64,000 nucleotides of DNA from Chloroflexota bacterium (GTDB lineage: Bacteria; Chloroflexota; Limnocylindria; Limnocylindrales; CSP1-4), in contig JAJYLZ010000008.1 of NCBI GenBank assembly GCA_021787395.1, forward strand, positions 11,290 through 75,289, given 5' to 3'. Within the stretch, counting starts at the first letter, position 1, and each line of letters opens with the position of its first letter. A program made the translations under genes and the position numbers. The notes under the pieces are model-generated. The model was given only the letters and a program-made list of their open reading frames with translations, was not told the DNA's origin and made no database searches. Positions 1-8,495 of the stretch are shown here, piece by piece.

Positions 1-44
1 CTGCAGGGCACGCGCGTCGGCCGCCTGCCCCGCCAGCGTGGGGG

Positions 45-74
45 TTGACTCGGCCGGGACCCGCCGAGTAGACT
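45..74 (+). promoter_or_regulatory. sigma70-type promoter TTGACT-N18-TAGACT
   Basis: TTGACT at 45-50 and TAGACT at 69-74; predicted transcription start near 80, at the 5' end of the structured RNA. Confidence 0.65.
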
Positions 75-79
75 CCCGG

Positions 80-250
80 TCGGTCGAGCAGGTCGCTCGG
101 CACGTCCTACTACCGGAGGCGAACGCCAGATGGTGCAGAACGCATTCCTCTGCCCGAGCACGTCGGCGCCCATCGGCGCTGCCGTTGACGGGAGGAGTGT
201 GCCCACCGCAGGGTAGGACGCGGGGCGAGAGCCCCAGGAGCGACCACCGA
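80..250 (+). ncRNA. candidate structured ncRNA or cis-regulatory leader (unassigned; partial resemblance to raiA-motif core)
   Basis: Nested helices read directly: 80-84/246-250, 91-98/238-245, 103-110/213-220, 141-150/192-201; hairpins 118-127, 166-179 and GGGGC-GAGA-GCCCC (222-235, GNRA loop); flanked by a promoter and a terminator-like hairpin. Confidence 0.6.
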
Positions 251-286
251 GCCGTGGGCCACCAAGCCCGCGGCTCAAGTGTTTTT
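249..286 (+). terminator. intrinsic terminator-like hairpin
   Basis: GAGCCGTGGGC (249-259) / GCCCGCGGCTC (266-276) followed by AAGTGTTTTT. Confidence 0.5.
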
Positions 287-417
287 CGGGGCTGATCACG
301 CCCCCGAGACGCGAGCCGCAGGCTCCCGGACTTCCGGGCCCGCGGCTCGTCCCATGTCTGGGACCCGTGGCCCGGCTCGCGAACTCACCGAGCCACTGCA
401 ACCGCAAGGAGGGTCCC

Positions 418-1308
418 GTGACCACCACCCTCGCGCCCGAACTGAACATCGCCCGCCCGGCGTTCGAGGACGCCGCCGCGTCCGCGAGCGCGACCGTGGC
501 CACGGCGCCGGCCCTGCTCGTCGAGCACGTCACCAAGCGCTTCCGGCCCGACCGCCGCAAGGCACCCGTCCTCGCGATCGCCGATGTCTCGCTCCGCCTG
601 GAGCGCGGCTCGATCCACGGGGTCCTGGGCGCCAACGGCTCCGGGAAGTCCACCCTGATCCGCCTGGTCTCCGGGCTGCTCACGCTGGACGAGGGCCGGG
701 TCGAGGTGTTCGGCCTCGACATCGAGCGTGACGAGCTCGCGGTCAAGCGGCTCATCAACCGGGTCAGCGTGGACGCGGCGTTCTTCAAGAAGCTGAGCCC
801 CATGGAGAACCTGCTGTTCGCCGCCCGCCTGTACGGCCTCGAGGCCGAGGCGTCACGGCGAGCGGCGACGAGGATTCTCGGCCGGCTCGGCATCGCGCAG
901 AGCCGCCTCGGCCGCCCGATCGAGCAGATGAGCCGGGGCATGCAGCAGAAGGTCGCCATCGCGCGGGCGCTGCTGACGAGCCCGACCCTGCTGCTGCTCG
1001 ACGAGCCGACCACCGGCCTCGACCCGCGCAGCAAGCTCGAGGTCCAGGCGTTCATCGAGGAGGTGAATGCGATGCACGACGCGACGATCGTCCTGACCAC
1101 GCACGACCTGGCCGAGGCTGAGCGCCTGTGCGACCGCATCACGCTCCTGCGCGGGGGCCGCGTGGTCGCCGAGGGCACCACGCCCGAGCTCAAGCGCCTG
1201 GTCGCCGAGCGGTACGGGCAGCCCGAGACGCTCGAGGCCGTGTTCATGACGTTCACCGGCCGCTCCCTCGACGACGACGTCGAGGAGGACGGCGAGACCG
1301 ACGACTGA
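418..1308 (+). CDS. ABC exporter ATP-binding protein (DrrA/NodI-like)
   Basis: Walker A GANGSGKST, signature MSRGMQQ, Walker B LLLLDEPT; GTG at 418 behind an AAGGAGG RBS. Confidence 0.92.
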   Translation: MTTTLAPELNIARPAFEDAAASASATVATAPALLVEHVTKRFRPDRRKAPVLAIADVSLRLERGSIHGVLGANGSGKSTLIRLVSGLLTLDEGRVEVFGLDIERDELAVKRLINRVSVDAAFFKKLSPMENLLFAARLYGLEAEASRRAATRILGRLGIAQSRLGRPIEQMSRGMQQKVAIARALLTSPTLLLLDEPTTGLDPRSKLEVQAFIEEVNAMHDATIVLTTHDLAEAERLCDRITLLRGGRVVAEGTTPELKRLVAERYGQPETLEAVFMTFTGRSLDDDVEEDGETDD

Positions 1309-1328
1309 AGGGCGAAAGGAGGTCCGCG

Positions 1329-1400
1329 ATGACGACGCACCGAGACCCGCAGCCCCGCCGGCATCAGGCCACCCCCTTCCGAGAGGACAACCCGACATGA
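1329..1400 (+). CDS. micro-ORF, 23 aa (MTTHRDPQPRRHQATPFREDNPT)
   Basis: Strong RBS AAAGGAGG at 1315-1322; stop overlaps the next ATG (ATGA). Confidence 0.4.
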   Translation: MTTHRDPQPRRHQATPFREDNPT

Positions 1401-1597
1401 CCACCATCGACTTCCGATACGCCGTGATGAAGGAGCGCCAACCCCGCTACCGACCCGAGGCCGAGCACGAGCGCGAGGCCCGGGCCGCGCAGCGGCCCAT
1501 CCGCCGCCGGGTGGGCGCCTCGATCATCCGGTTCGGCCAGAGAGTGGCTGGAGAAGCCGTGCGCGATGCGCTCCTCGACTCCTCCGCCCCCGCCTGA
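1397..1597 (+). CDS. small hypothetical protein, 66 aa
   Basis: GAGGA RBS; basic/helical sequence; translationally coupled to the upstream micro-ORF. Confidence 0.65.
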   Translation: MTTIDFRYAVMKERQPRYRPEAEHEREARAAQRPIRRRVGASIIRFGQRVAGEAVRDALLDSSAPA

Positions 1598-1678
1598 CGA
1601 GATGACCCTCCCGTCGGGCCCGCGTGCCGCGCCGGGCCGATCCGGCCCGGCGCGCCCCCTCCTGAAAGGAACCCTCCG

Positions 1679-2482
1679 TTGGCCCTCATCACGTCCGAGC
1701 TGAAGGCGTCGTACGCCTTCGTCGAACGCAACTTCTTCCTCACCCGGCGCTACTGGGGGTGGGAGCTGGCGTTCCTCGTCTACTCCGTCGCGGGCGCGCT
1801 GTCGATCAGCCTGATCGGCGCCGCGGCCGGCGACGACCGCCTGCTGCTCACGCTCATCATCGGCGCGGTGTTCTGGAACTACCTGTCGGTGGTGTTCAGC
1901 TGGATCGCCGACACGATCTCGGTGGAGCGCTGGGAGGGGACGCTCGAGTACACCTTCATGGCCCCGGTCCGCCGCTGGACCCAGCTGCTGGGCTCGTGCC
2001 TGTACGCGATGGCGTACGGCCTGGTCCACACCGCGGCCATGCTGCTCGTGCTCCTGGTGTTCTTCCCGCAGCTCCGGCCCGAGTCGATGAACCTGCTCAC
2101 CGCGGCCGGCTTCGTCCTGCTGGGCTCGTTCAGCTTCGTGGGCATCGGCATGATGGCCGCCATCCTGCCGCTGCTGTACGTCGAGCGCGGCGCGCAGATG
2201 ACGTTCGTGATCCAGTCCTGCCTGCTGCTGGTCTCCGGGGTCTACTACCCGGTCAGCGTCCTGCCGGGCTGGATGCAGGTGCTCTCGCACCTCTCGCCGG
2301 CGACGTACGTCCTGGCGGGGGTGCGGGCCGGCCTGCTCGACGGGACGCCGGTCACCGGGCTGTGGGGCGACGTCCTGCCGCTGATCGCGATGGGCATCGT
2401 CCTGATCCCGGCCGGCCTCTGGGCGTTCGGCCGGGCCGAGCGCTACGCCAAGCGCACCGGCAAGCTCAAGCGGGTGGGCTGA
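1679..2482 (+). CDS. ABC-2 type exporter permease
   Basis: About 6 TM helices; ERWEGTLE and SGVYYPVSVLP motifs; TTG start behind AAAGGA. Confidence 0.9.
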   Translation: MALITSELKASYAFVERNFFLTRRYWGWELAFLVYSVAGALSISLIGAAAGDDRLLLTLIIGAVFWNYLSVVFSWIADTISVERWEGTLEYTFMAPVRRWTQLLGSCLYAMAYGLVHTAAMLLVLLVFFPQLRPESMNLLTAAGFVLLGSFSFVGIGMMAAILPLLYVERGAQMTFVIQSCLLLVSGVYYPVSVLPGWMQVLSHLSPATYVLAGVRAGLLDGTPVTGLWGDVLPLIAMGIVLIPAGLWAFGRAERYAKRTGKLKRVG

Positions 2483-2484
2483 CG

Positions 2485-3621
2485 ATGGACGGACCCGAGC
2501 CCGGCCTCGCCGGCGCCTGCCCCGCTCCCCTGCCCGTCCCGGTCGGCCTCGGCTGGGACGAGGCCTGGGCCGCCGGCTTCGTCCCGTTCGCGGACGGACG
2601 CCGTCGGCCTGGCCGGGTGGTCGCCGCCCACCGCGGCGCCTGGATCCTCGCCCTCGAGGACGGCGACCGCGACGCGGTCCTGGCCGGCCGGCTCCGGCAC
2701 GAGGCCGTCCGGCCGGGCGACCTGCCTGCCGTGGGCGACTGGGTGGCCGCCGAGGCCGAGCCCGCCGCACACGGCCCGGCGGTCATCTCGGCGATCCTCC
2801 CCCGCCGCACCGTGTTCCGGCGCGCCTCCGACGACGGCACCGCCAGCTCCGAGCAGGTCCTCGCCGCGAACGTGGACGTCACCCTCGTCGTCACCGGCCT
2901 CGACGGCGACTTCAACCCGCGCCGCCTCGAGCGCTACCTCGCCGTCGCCTGGAGCGGCGGCACGACGCCGGTGATCCTGCTCAACAAGTCGGACGCGGCG
3001 GTGGACCCGGAGGCGGCGCGGACCGCGACCCTGGGCGTCGCGCCCGGCGTGGACGTGCGGCTGATCTCCGCGCTTGCCGGGACGGGCCTGGACGACCTCG
3101 CCCGCGACCACCTGAGCCCCGGGCGCACGGCGGTGGTCCTGGGCTCGTCGGGCGCCGGCAAGTCCACGCTGCTCAACGCCCTGCTGGGCGAGGAGCGTGC
3201 GCGGACGGGCGCCGTCCGCGCCGACGACGGCCGCGGGCGCCACACGACCACCCATCGCGAGCTCCACCGCCTGCCGGGCGGCGGTCTGCTCATCGACACG
3301 CCCGGGATCCGGTCGATCGGCGTCGCCGGCGCCGACGCTGGCCTGACGGCCGCCTTCGCGGACGTGGCCGAGCTCGCCGCCAGCTGCCGGTTCGCCGACT
3401 GCCGGCACCAGGGGGAGCCGGGCTGCGCGGTGCAGGCCGCGCTGGGCGAGGGACGGCTGTCGCCGGCGAGGCTCGCGGCCCACCGCAAGCTCGAGCGCGA
3501 GGCGGCCCATGCGGCGCGCCAGGCGGACCGCCTCCTGCGCGAGGCGGACCGCCGCAAGTGGAAGGCGATCAGCACCGCGGCACGGGAGCACGTGGCGCGC
3601 AAGTACGGGAGGGAATCCTGA
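2485..3621 (+). CDS. rsgA: ribosome small subunit-dependent GTPase A
   Basis: Circularly permuted GTPase: NKSD, GSSGAGKST, GRHTTT, DTPG, Zn-finger CRFADCRH..EPGC; start placed at ATG 2485. Confidence 0.95.
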   Translation: MDGPEPGLAGACPAPLPVPVGLGWDEAWAAGFVPFADGRRRPGRVVAAHRGAWILALEDGDRDAVLAGRLRHEAVRPGDLPAVGDWVAAEAEPAAHGPAVISAILPRRTVFRRASDDGTASSEQVLAANVDVTLVVTGLDGDFNPRRLERYLAVAWSGGTTPVILLNKSDAAVDPEAARTATLGVAPGVDVRLISALAGTGLDDLARDHLSPGRTAVVLGSSGAGKSTLLNALLGEERARTGAVRADDGRGRHTTTHRELHRLPGGGLLIDTPGIRSIGVAGADAGLTAAFADVAELAASCRFADCRHQGEPGCAVQAALGEGRLSPARLAAHRKLEREAAHAARQADRLLREADRRKWKAISTAAREHVARKYGRES

Positions 3622-4655
3622 TGGAACTTGAAGCCGCCCTGCCCGACGGCGTTGCCTTCCGCTCGGGAACGGCCGCCGACTGGCCGCTGCTGGCCCAGCT
3701 CTTCAACGAGGACCATCGGGGCAACGGCATCGACGAGCGGGAGTCGGCCGACAACCTGGCTGGCATGTTCGAGGCCGATCCCAGGTTCGCCATGGACCGC
3801 GACGTGCGCATCGCCGAGGCGCACGGGGAGGCCGTCGGCTTCTCGCTGGGCCGCGTGCGCGAGCGCGACCAGACCCTGGTCGGCGAGACGTGGGGCGCGG
3901 TGGTGCCCGCATGGCGGCGCCGCGGCATCGGGTCCGCGCTCCTGTGGCGGGCGATTGCGGCACTCGAGCCCCTCATGGAGGACGACCCGCGGCCCTGGCC
4001 GCGGGAGCTGCGCAACTGGGCCGACGACGTCGAGACCGGGACCATCGCGCTCTACCGCTCAGCGGGCTACCTCCCGATCAGGTACGGGTTCGCGATGCGC
4101 CGGCCCTTGTCCGGCCAGCTGCCGGAGCACCCGCTGCCGGCGGGCCTCGAGCTCAGGCCCGCGACGGAGCGCCAATCCCGGGCGATCTTCGAGGCCGAGG
4201 CCGAGGCCTTCCGCGACCACTGGGGCCACGAGGAGCCCACCGACGCCCTGTTCGCCTCGTGGTACAGCGATCCCGAGCTCGACCCGAGCCTCTGGGAGGT
4301 GGCCTGGGACGGCGACGAGATCGCGGGTGTCGTGCTCGGGATGATCCGGACTCGCGAGAACGAGGAGCTGGGCGTCCGCCGCGGCTGGCTGGACCGCGTG
4401 TCGGTCCGCCGGCCCTGGCGCGGCCGGGGCCTCGCCAAGGCGCTGTGCGCCGCGTCGTTCCGGGCCCTGCGCGAGCGGGGCATGGACGAGGCGTGGCTGG
4501 GCGTGGACGGCGCGAACCCCACCGGGGCGCTCCAGCTCTACGAGGGGCTCGGCTTCCACGTGGCGCGCCGCTGGACGGTCTACGGCCGGCCGCTCGACCG
4601 ACCTGCCCCGCAGGGCTGGCGGAGCGCCGGCGATCGCGGGACCATGGGGCCATGA
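3621..4655 (+). CDS. tandem-domain GNAT N-acetyltransferase
   Basis: Two acetyl-CoA-binding motifs (WRRRGIG, WRGRGLA) and NPTGALQLYEGLGF; ATGA overlap with rsgA. Confidence 0.85.
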   Translation: MELEAALPDGVAFRSGTAADWPLLAQLFNEDHRGNGIDERESADNLAGMFEADPRFAMDRDVRIAEAHGEAVGFSLGRVRERDQTLVGETWGAVVPAWRRRGIGSALLWRAIAALEPLMEDDPRPWPRELRNWADDVETGTIALYRSAGYLPIRYGFAMRRPLSGQLPEHPLPAGLELRPATERQSRAIFEAEAEAFRDHWGHEEPTDALFASWYSDPELDPSLWEVAWDGDEIAGVVLGMIRTRENEELGVRRGWLDRVSVRRPWRGRGLAKALCAASFRALRERGMDEAWLGVDGANPTGALQLYEGLGFHVARRWTVYGRPLDRPAPQGWRSAGDRGTMGP

Positions 4656-5341
4656 CGCGCCACCCAGTCCTCGCCGCCGTGCTCGCAGCGCTGCTCGCCG
4701 CCGGCTGCGGGGCGAGCAGCGGGCCGGGCCAGACGGCCGGCGCCGCCACGGCCGCTGCGTCCGCGACCGCCGCTGCATCCGCGACGGCCGGGCCCGCTTC
4801 CACGCCGCCGGCGACCCCGGGCGGCACCATCGAGCCACCGACGGAGGCGCCCACGATGACACCCGACAGCGCGACCGCGAGCCCGAGCCCGACGCCGCGG
4901 TTCACCCTGACGTCCACGGCCTTCCGCGAGGGCGGCGGGATCCCGGCCCAGTTCACCTGCGACGGCCGGGACGTCTCCCCCGCCCTGGCCTGGATCGGCG
5001 CGCCGGCCGGCACCGGGTCGCTGGTCCTCGTGGTCGACGATCCGGACGCCCGCGACTTCGCGCACTGGACCGCATACGCGATCGACCCGGCCACGACCGG
5101 CCTCGCCGAGGGTGCCGGCGCGGCCTCGTCCCGCCTCGCACAGGGCACCAACGACTTCGGCCGCGTCGGGTACGGCGGGCCCTGCCCGCCGTCGGGCACC
5201 CACCACTACGTGTTCACGCTGTACGCCCTCGCCGCGCCGCTGGGCCTGTCCGGGTCGCCGCGCGCATCGGCGGTCCGGGCCGCGCTCGCCAAGGCGCGAA
5301 CCCTGGGCAGGGCGACCATCACGGCCACGTACCGGCGCTGA
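4652..5341 (+). CDS. YbhB/YbcL family (PEBP/Raf kinase inhibitor-like) lipoprotein
   Basis: Lipobox LAAGC, Ala/Thr/Pro linker, DPDA, HW, GYGGPCPP and HHYVFTLYAL motifs. Confidence 0.9.
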   Translation: MTRHPVLAAVLAALLAAGCGASSGPGQTAGAATAAASATAAASATAGPASTPPATPGGTIEPPTEAPTMTPDSATASPSPTPRFTLTSTAFREGGGIPAQFTCDGRDVSPALAWIGAPAGTGSLVLVVDDPDARDFAHWTAYAIDPATTGLAEGAGAASSRLAQGTNDFGRVGYGGPCPPSGTHHYVFTLYALAAPLGLSGSPRASAVRAALAKARTLGRATITATYRR

Positions 5342-5405
5342 GCTCGAGGCTCGAGCCCAGCGCGGGAGGGTCTCCCTCGCCGGCCTCCCGACCAGCAGAC
5401 GGCGG

Positions 5406-6044
5406 TCAGAAGGGCAGGCGCCCGTCCCGCCTGACGACCTCCATCCACGGCCGCTCCCTGCCGATCGTGGTGGCGGCCCCGTGACCGGGCAGCACGCGGA
5501 GCGCGTCGTCGAGCCCGGCCAGCCGCGCGATCGACTCGGCCATCTGCTCGGGGGATCCGTTCGGCAGGTCGACCCGGCCCCAGCCGCCCGGGAACAGCGT
5601 GTCGCCCGAGAACAGGAGGCCCTCGTCCCGGTGGAGCAGGCACACGGACCCCGATGTGTGGCCGGGCGTGTGGAGGACCTGGAGCCGGATGCCGCCGAAG
5701 CGGACCTCGCCGCCCTCGGCCAGCTCCACGGCCGGCACCGACGGGATGATCTCGAACGGCGCGAACAGCGGGTGCGGGTCGAGCAGGTAGTGGTTGTCCG
5801 CGGGGTGGATCGCGATCTGCGCCCCGGTGTGCTCGGCGACGGCCTTGTTCTCGCCCACGTGGTCCCAGTGGCCGTGCGTGCTGACGATGAGTCGGAGGGC
5901 CCAGCCGCGGGCGTCGAGGACCTCCGAGATCCACGGCAGGCAGGGCGTGGCCGTGTCGATGGCGATGGCCTCGCGACTGCGCTCGTCGGCGAGCACGTAC
6001 ACGTTGGTGTTGAGGGGGCCGATGACGGCGTGGAGGCGCTCCAT
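5406..6044 (-). CDS. MBL-fold metallo-hydrolase (glyoxalase II/YcbL-like)
   Basis: THGHWDH, TPGHT, SGDTLF, PGHG. Confidence 0.9.
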   Translation of the reverse strand: MERLHAVIGPLNTNVYVLADERSREAIAIDTATPCLPWISEVLDARGWALRLIVSTHGHWDHVGENKAVAEHTGAQIAIHPADNHYLLDPHPLFAPFEIIPSVPAVELAEGGEVRFGGIRLQVLHTPGHTSGSVCLLHRDEGLLFSGDTLFPGGWGRVDLPNGSPEQMAESIARLAGLDDALRVLPGHGAATTIGRERPWMEVVRRDGRLPF

Positions 6045-6168
6045 GGACCCCAGTCTCGCAGGTGCGGCCGAAGGGCGCGCAGGCGCAACGGCTTCGTGAC
6101 GATCCGGGGGCTTCCGGCCCTCGCCCGTGCCAGGCCGCACGAGCACACTGCAGCTGGAGGTGGTCGAG

Positions 6169-6414
6169 ATGACGGCCATGACGCACATCAGGGCGAAGAT
6201 CACCCCCTGGGACGACTCGGCGTTCGTCCGTGCCTTCGAGATCGCGCGCGGAGCCACCGAGCACGAGGGCTTCGACGACGGCCCCAAGGCGGGGGCGCAC
6301 GTGCAGCAGCTGCTGCGCGAGGCGGGCTACCCGAGGGCCACCGTCGAGGTGATCCGGACCGCCCGGGAGGCCCTGGAGCAGACCTCGCACTGGATCGTCT
6401 CGCGCGACGGGTAG
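6169..6414 (+). CDS. small hypothetical protein, 81 aa
   Basis: GGAGG RBS before ATG 6169; globular-looking sequence; no family recognised. Confidence 0.65.
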   Translation: MTAMTHIRAKITPWDDSAFVRAFEIARGATEHEGFDDGPKAGAHVQQLLREAGYPRATVEVIRTAREALEQTSHWIVSRDG

Positions 6415-6445
6415 CCGCCTGCGGGCGAGAGCGTCTCGTCGGCGG

Positions 6446-6889
6446 TCAGCCGGCCTCGAGCTTCGCGCGGATGCAGTCGAAGGTCTGGCCGATCATCTTG
6501 TTGGCCGTTCCCTCGATCATCCGCCCCCCCACCGACGCGAGCCTGCCCGCGATCGCCACGTCCGCGGACCAGTCCATCGTGGTGGGCCCGTCGGGCGGCC
6601 CCGACAGCGCCATCACCGCCGAGGCGTCCACCGCCGACCCCGGCGCCTGGCCGTGCGCCTTGATCTGCGCGCGGTCAGGCTCCGCTCGCTCCGCGATCGA
6701 CATGTCCACCGCGAACCGGGACGAGATGAACCCGACGCCCACCTTCGCCCTGGCCCTGAAGTGGTCGGCGTCCACGACCTCGATCGACTCCACGCCCGGG
6801 CCGCAGGAGCCGACCCGTTCCGGATCCATCAGGAAGGCCCACACTCGCTCGCGGGGCGCGGCGATCACGACGGTGCCCTTGAACTGCAT
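6446..6889 (-). CDS. coxG: CoxG/SRPBCC family protein
   Basis: APRERVWAFLMDP..CGPG and GRLASVGGRMI pattern; downstream of the cox cluster. Confidence 0.85.
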   Translation of the reverse strand: MQFKGTVVIAAPRERVWAFLMDPERVGSCGPGVESIEVVDADHFRARAKVGVGFISSRFAVDMSIAERAEPDRAQIKAHGQAPGSAVDASAVMALSGPPDGPTTMDWSADVAIAGRLASVGGRMIEGTANKMIGQTFDCIRAKLEAG

Positions 6890-7026
6890 CTTCCCCTCCG
6901 GGACGGCTGCGGCATGTTGACGGCGGGGATCTCGACGCCTGGCCGGCGCCCGATCCCGGGTCATCGTGCAGACGGGGTGGACCCGCACGATACCATCGGG
7001 CGCGGCGCGGCCCCGACCGCGCGGCG

Positions 7027-7884
7027 TCAGCGCCGTGGAACCGCCCAGGTCACGACGCCGACCGATCCGACCGGCCCCGCGGCGAGGGTCCAGGCGCCGT
7101 CGCGGAAGGCGATCATGCCGGGCATCGCCGCCCGGAAGCGCAGGTCCTTCTCGCCGCCCTCCGCGATGAACAGCTGGCGGCGCAGGAATGCGGCCAGGGC
7201 GTCCACCGAGTCGAACGAGCGCGTCGAGCGCTCCACGCGGACCACCTCCGCGCGCCGTCCCCGGGCGTCGAGCAGGGCCAGCAGGTCCGGCAGCGCGGGC
7301 AGCGGGGAGCGCTCCTCGCCGTGGACGATCGGCCAGAACGGGTCGGCAACGGCCCCCGGGCTGTGGTCGGTCATGACGGCCACGCACCGCTCGCGCGCGG
7401 CGGCCTCCATCGCGTCGAGGAAGGGGCCGATCCGCTCGATGTCGTAGCCCACGTGCGCGATCAGCGCCACGTCCGCGGCGGGCAGCTGCCCGAGGTCCTC
7501 GAGGGCCTCCGGCCAGCTGCCGGGCACCACCCGAACGTTCGTGAGGCCGTGCTCCTCGGTGCCCGTCCGGAGGGCCCGGCGCATGCCAGCCGAGGGCTCG
7601 ACGGCGATCACCTCGCGCACCCGGAGCGCCAGCGGCAGCGCGTACCGGCCGGCGCCCGCGCCGATGTCCAGCCAGGCGGCGTCGGGACGCGCGATCGACT
7701 GCAGCACGTCGAGCACCGGCTCGTCCGTGCGGCGGGGGTCGGCCACGAAGAGCGAGCTCACCGGGGCGTAGAAGTCCGAGCTCTGCGACTCCCGGAGGCG
7801 CTCGGCCTGCTCGCGGTTGGCGCGCACGTGCTCGGACCAGGCGGCCTCGAGGTCGGCTGAGAGGGCGGGGGCGTCGGAGTTCAT
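7027..7884 (-). CDS. class I SAM-dependent methyltransferase
   Basis: Motif I LDIGAGAG and VEPS; ATGA overlap with mocA. Confidence 0.85.
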   Translation of the reverse strand: MNSDAPALSADLEAAWSEHVRANREQAERLRESQSSDFYAPVSSLFVADPRRTDEPVLDVLQSIARPDAAWLDIGAGAGRYALPLALRVREVIAVEPSAGMRRALRTGTEEHGLTNVRVVPGSWPEALEDLGQLPAADVALIAHVGYDIERIGPFLDAMEAAARERCVAVMTDHSPGAVADPFWPIVHGEERSPLPALPDLLALLDARGRRAEVVRVERSTRSFDSVDALAAFLRRQLFIAEGGEKDLRFRAAMPGMIAFRDGAWTLAAGPVGSVGVVTWAVPRR

Positions 7885-8495
7885 CGCGAATCCTCGGCGG
7901 GGTCGGCTGCGGCGGCGGCCAGATCAGCGGGAGTGTCCACATCGGGGTTGGCGCCCTCGACCGAGACCTCGAGGACGAGCTCGGGGCGGCTGGCGAGCAG
8001 CGGGCCGAGCCCGCGGTCACCGTCGAGGCCGGCCGCCAGCGCCCACGCGGAGCGCCGGACGAGCACCGGGTTCGGCGCGGGGTCCACCGGATAGCGGGCG
8101 CGGATGAAGGACGCCCCGGCGGCCCCGGGCGAGCCCGCCGCGGCCACGATCCGGCGGACCGCCTCGGGCCGGAGCGCCGGCTGGTCGCCCAGCACGACGA
8201 GCACGGCATCGGCGCCCGGGACCTCCACCGCGGCGTCCAGGCCCACGCGCAGCGAGCTCGACAGGCCGTCGGCCGGCCGCGGGTTGACCACGCGGCGCTC
8301 GCCGCGCCACGCGACGCTCCGCTCGATCGCCGCGGCGTCGGCTCCCAGCACCACGACCACGTCGCGCAGCGAGGCGCCGGCCAGCGCGTCGAGCACGTGC
8401 TGGAGGACCGGCCGGCCGTGGAGCGGTGCGAGCAGCTTGGGCGAGCCGAACCGCGTGGACGCGCCGGCGGCGAGGACCACCGCGACGAGCGTCAT
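7881..8495 (-). CDS. mocA: molybdenum cofactor cytidylyltransferase (MocA-like)
   Basis: LAAGASTRFGSPK, LGDQP, GDRG and DVDTP. Confidence 0.85.
   Translation of the reverse strand: MTLVAVVLAAGASTRFGSPKLLAPLHGRPVLQHVLDALAGASLRDVVVVLGADAAAIERSVAWRGERRVVNPRPADGLSSSLRVGLDAAVEVPGADAVLVVLGDQPALRPEAVRRIVAAAGSPGAAGASFIRARYPVDPAPNPVLVRRSAWALAAGLDGDRGLGPLLASRPELVLEVSVEGANPDVDTPADLAAAAADPAEDSR

Noticed and set aside
249-276. Group II intron domain V (starts GAGCCG)
   Set aside because: Lacks the AC bulge and GNRA geometry, and no other intron domains or RT gene are present
1602-1680. Third micro-ORF or upstream extension of the permease from ATG 1602
   Set aside because: Out of frame with the permease and no RBS; the region is explained by a hairpin and the permease RBS
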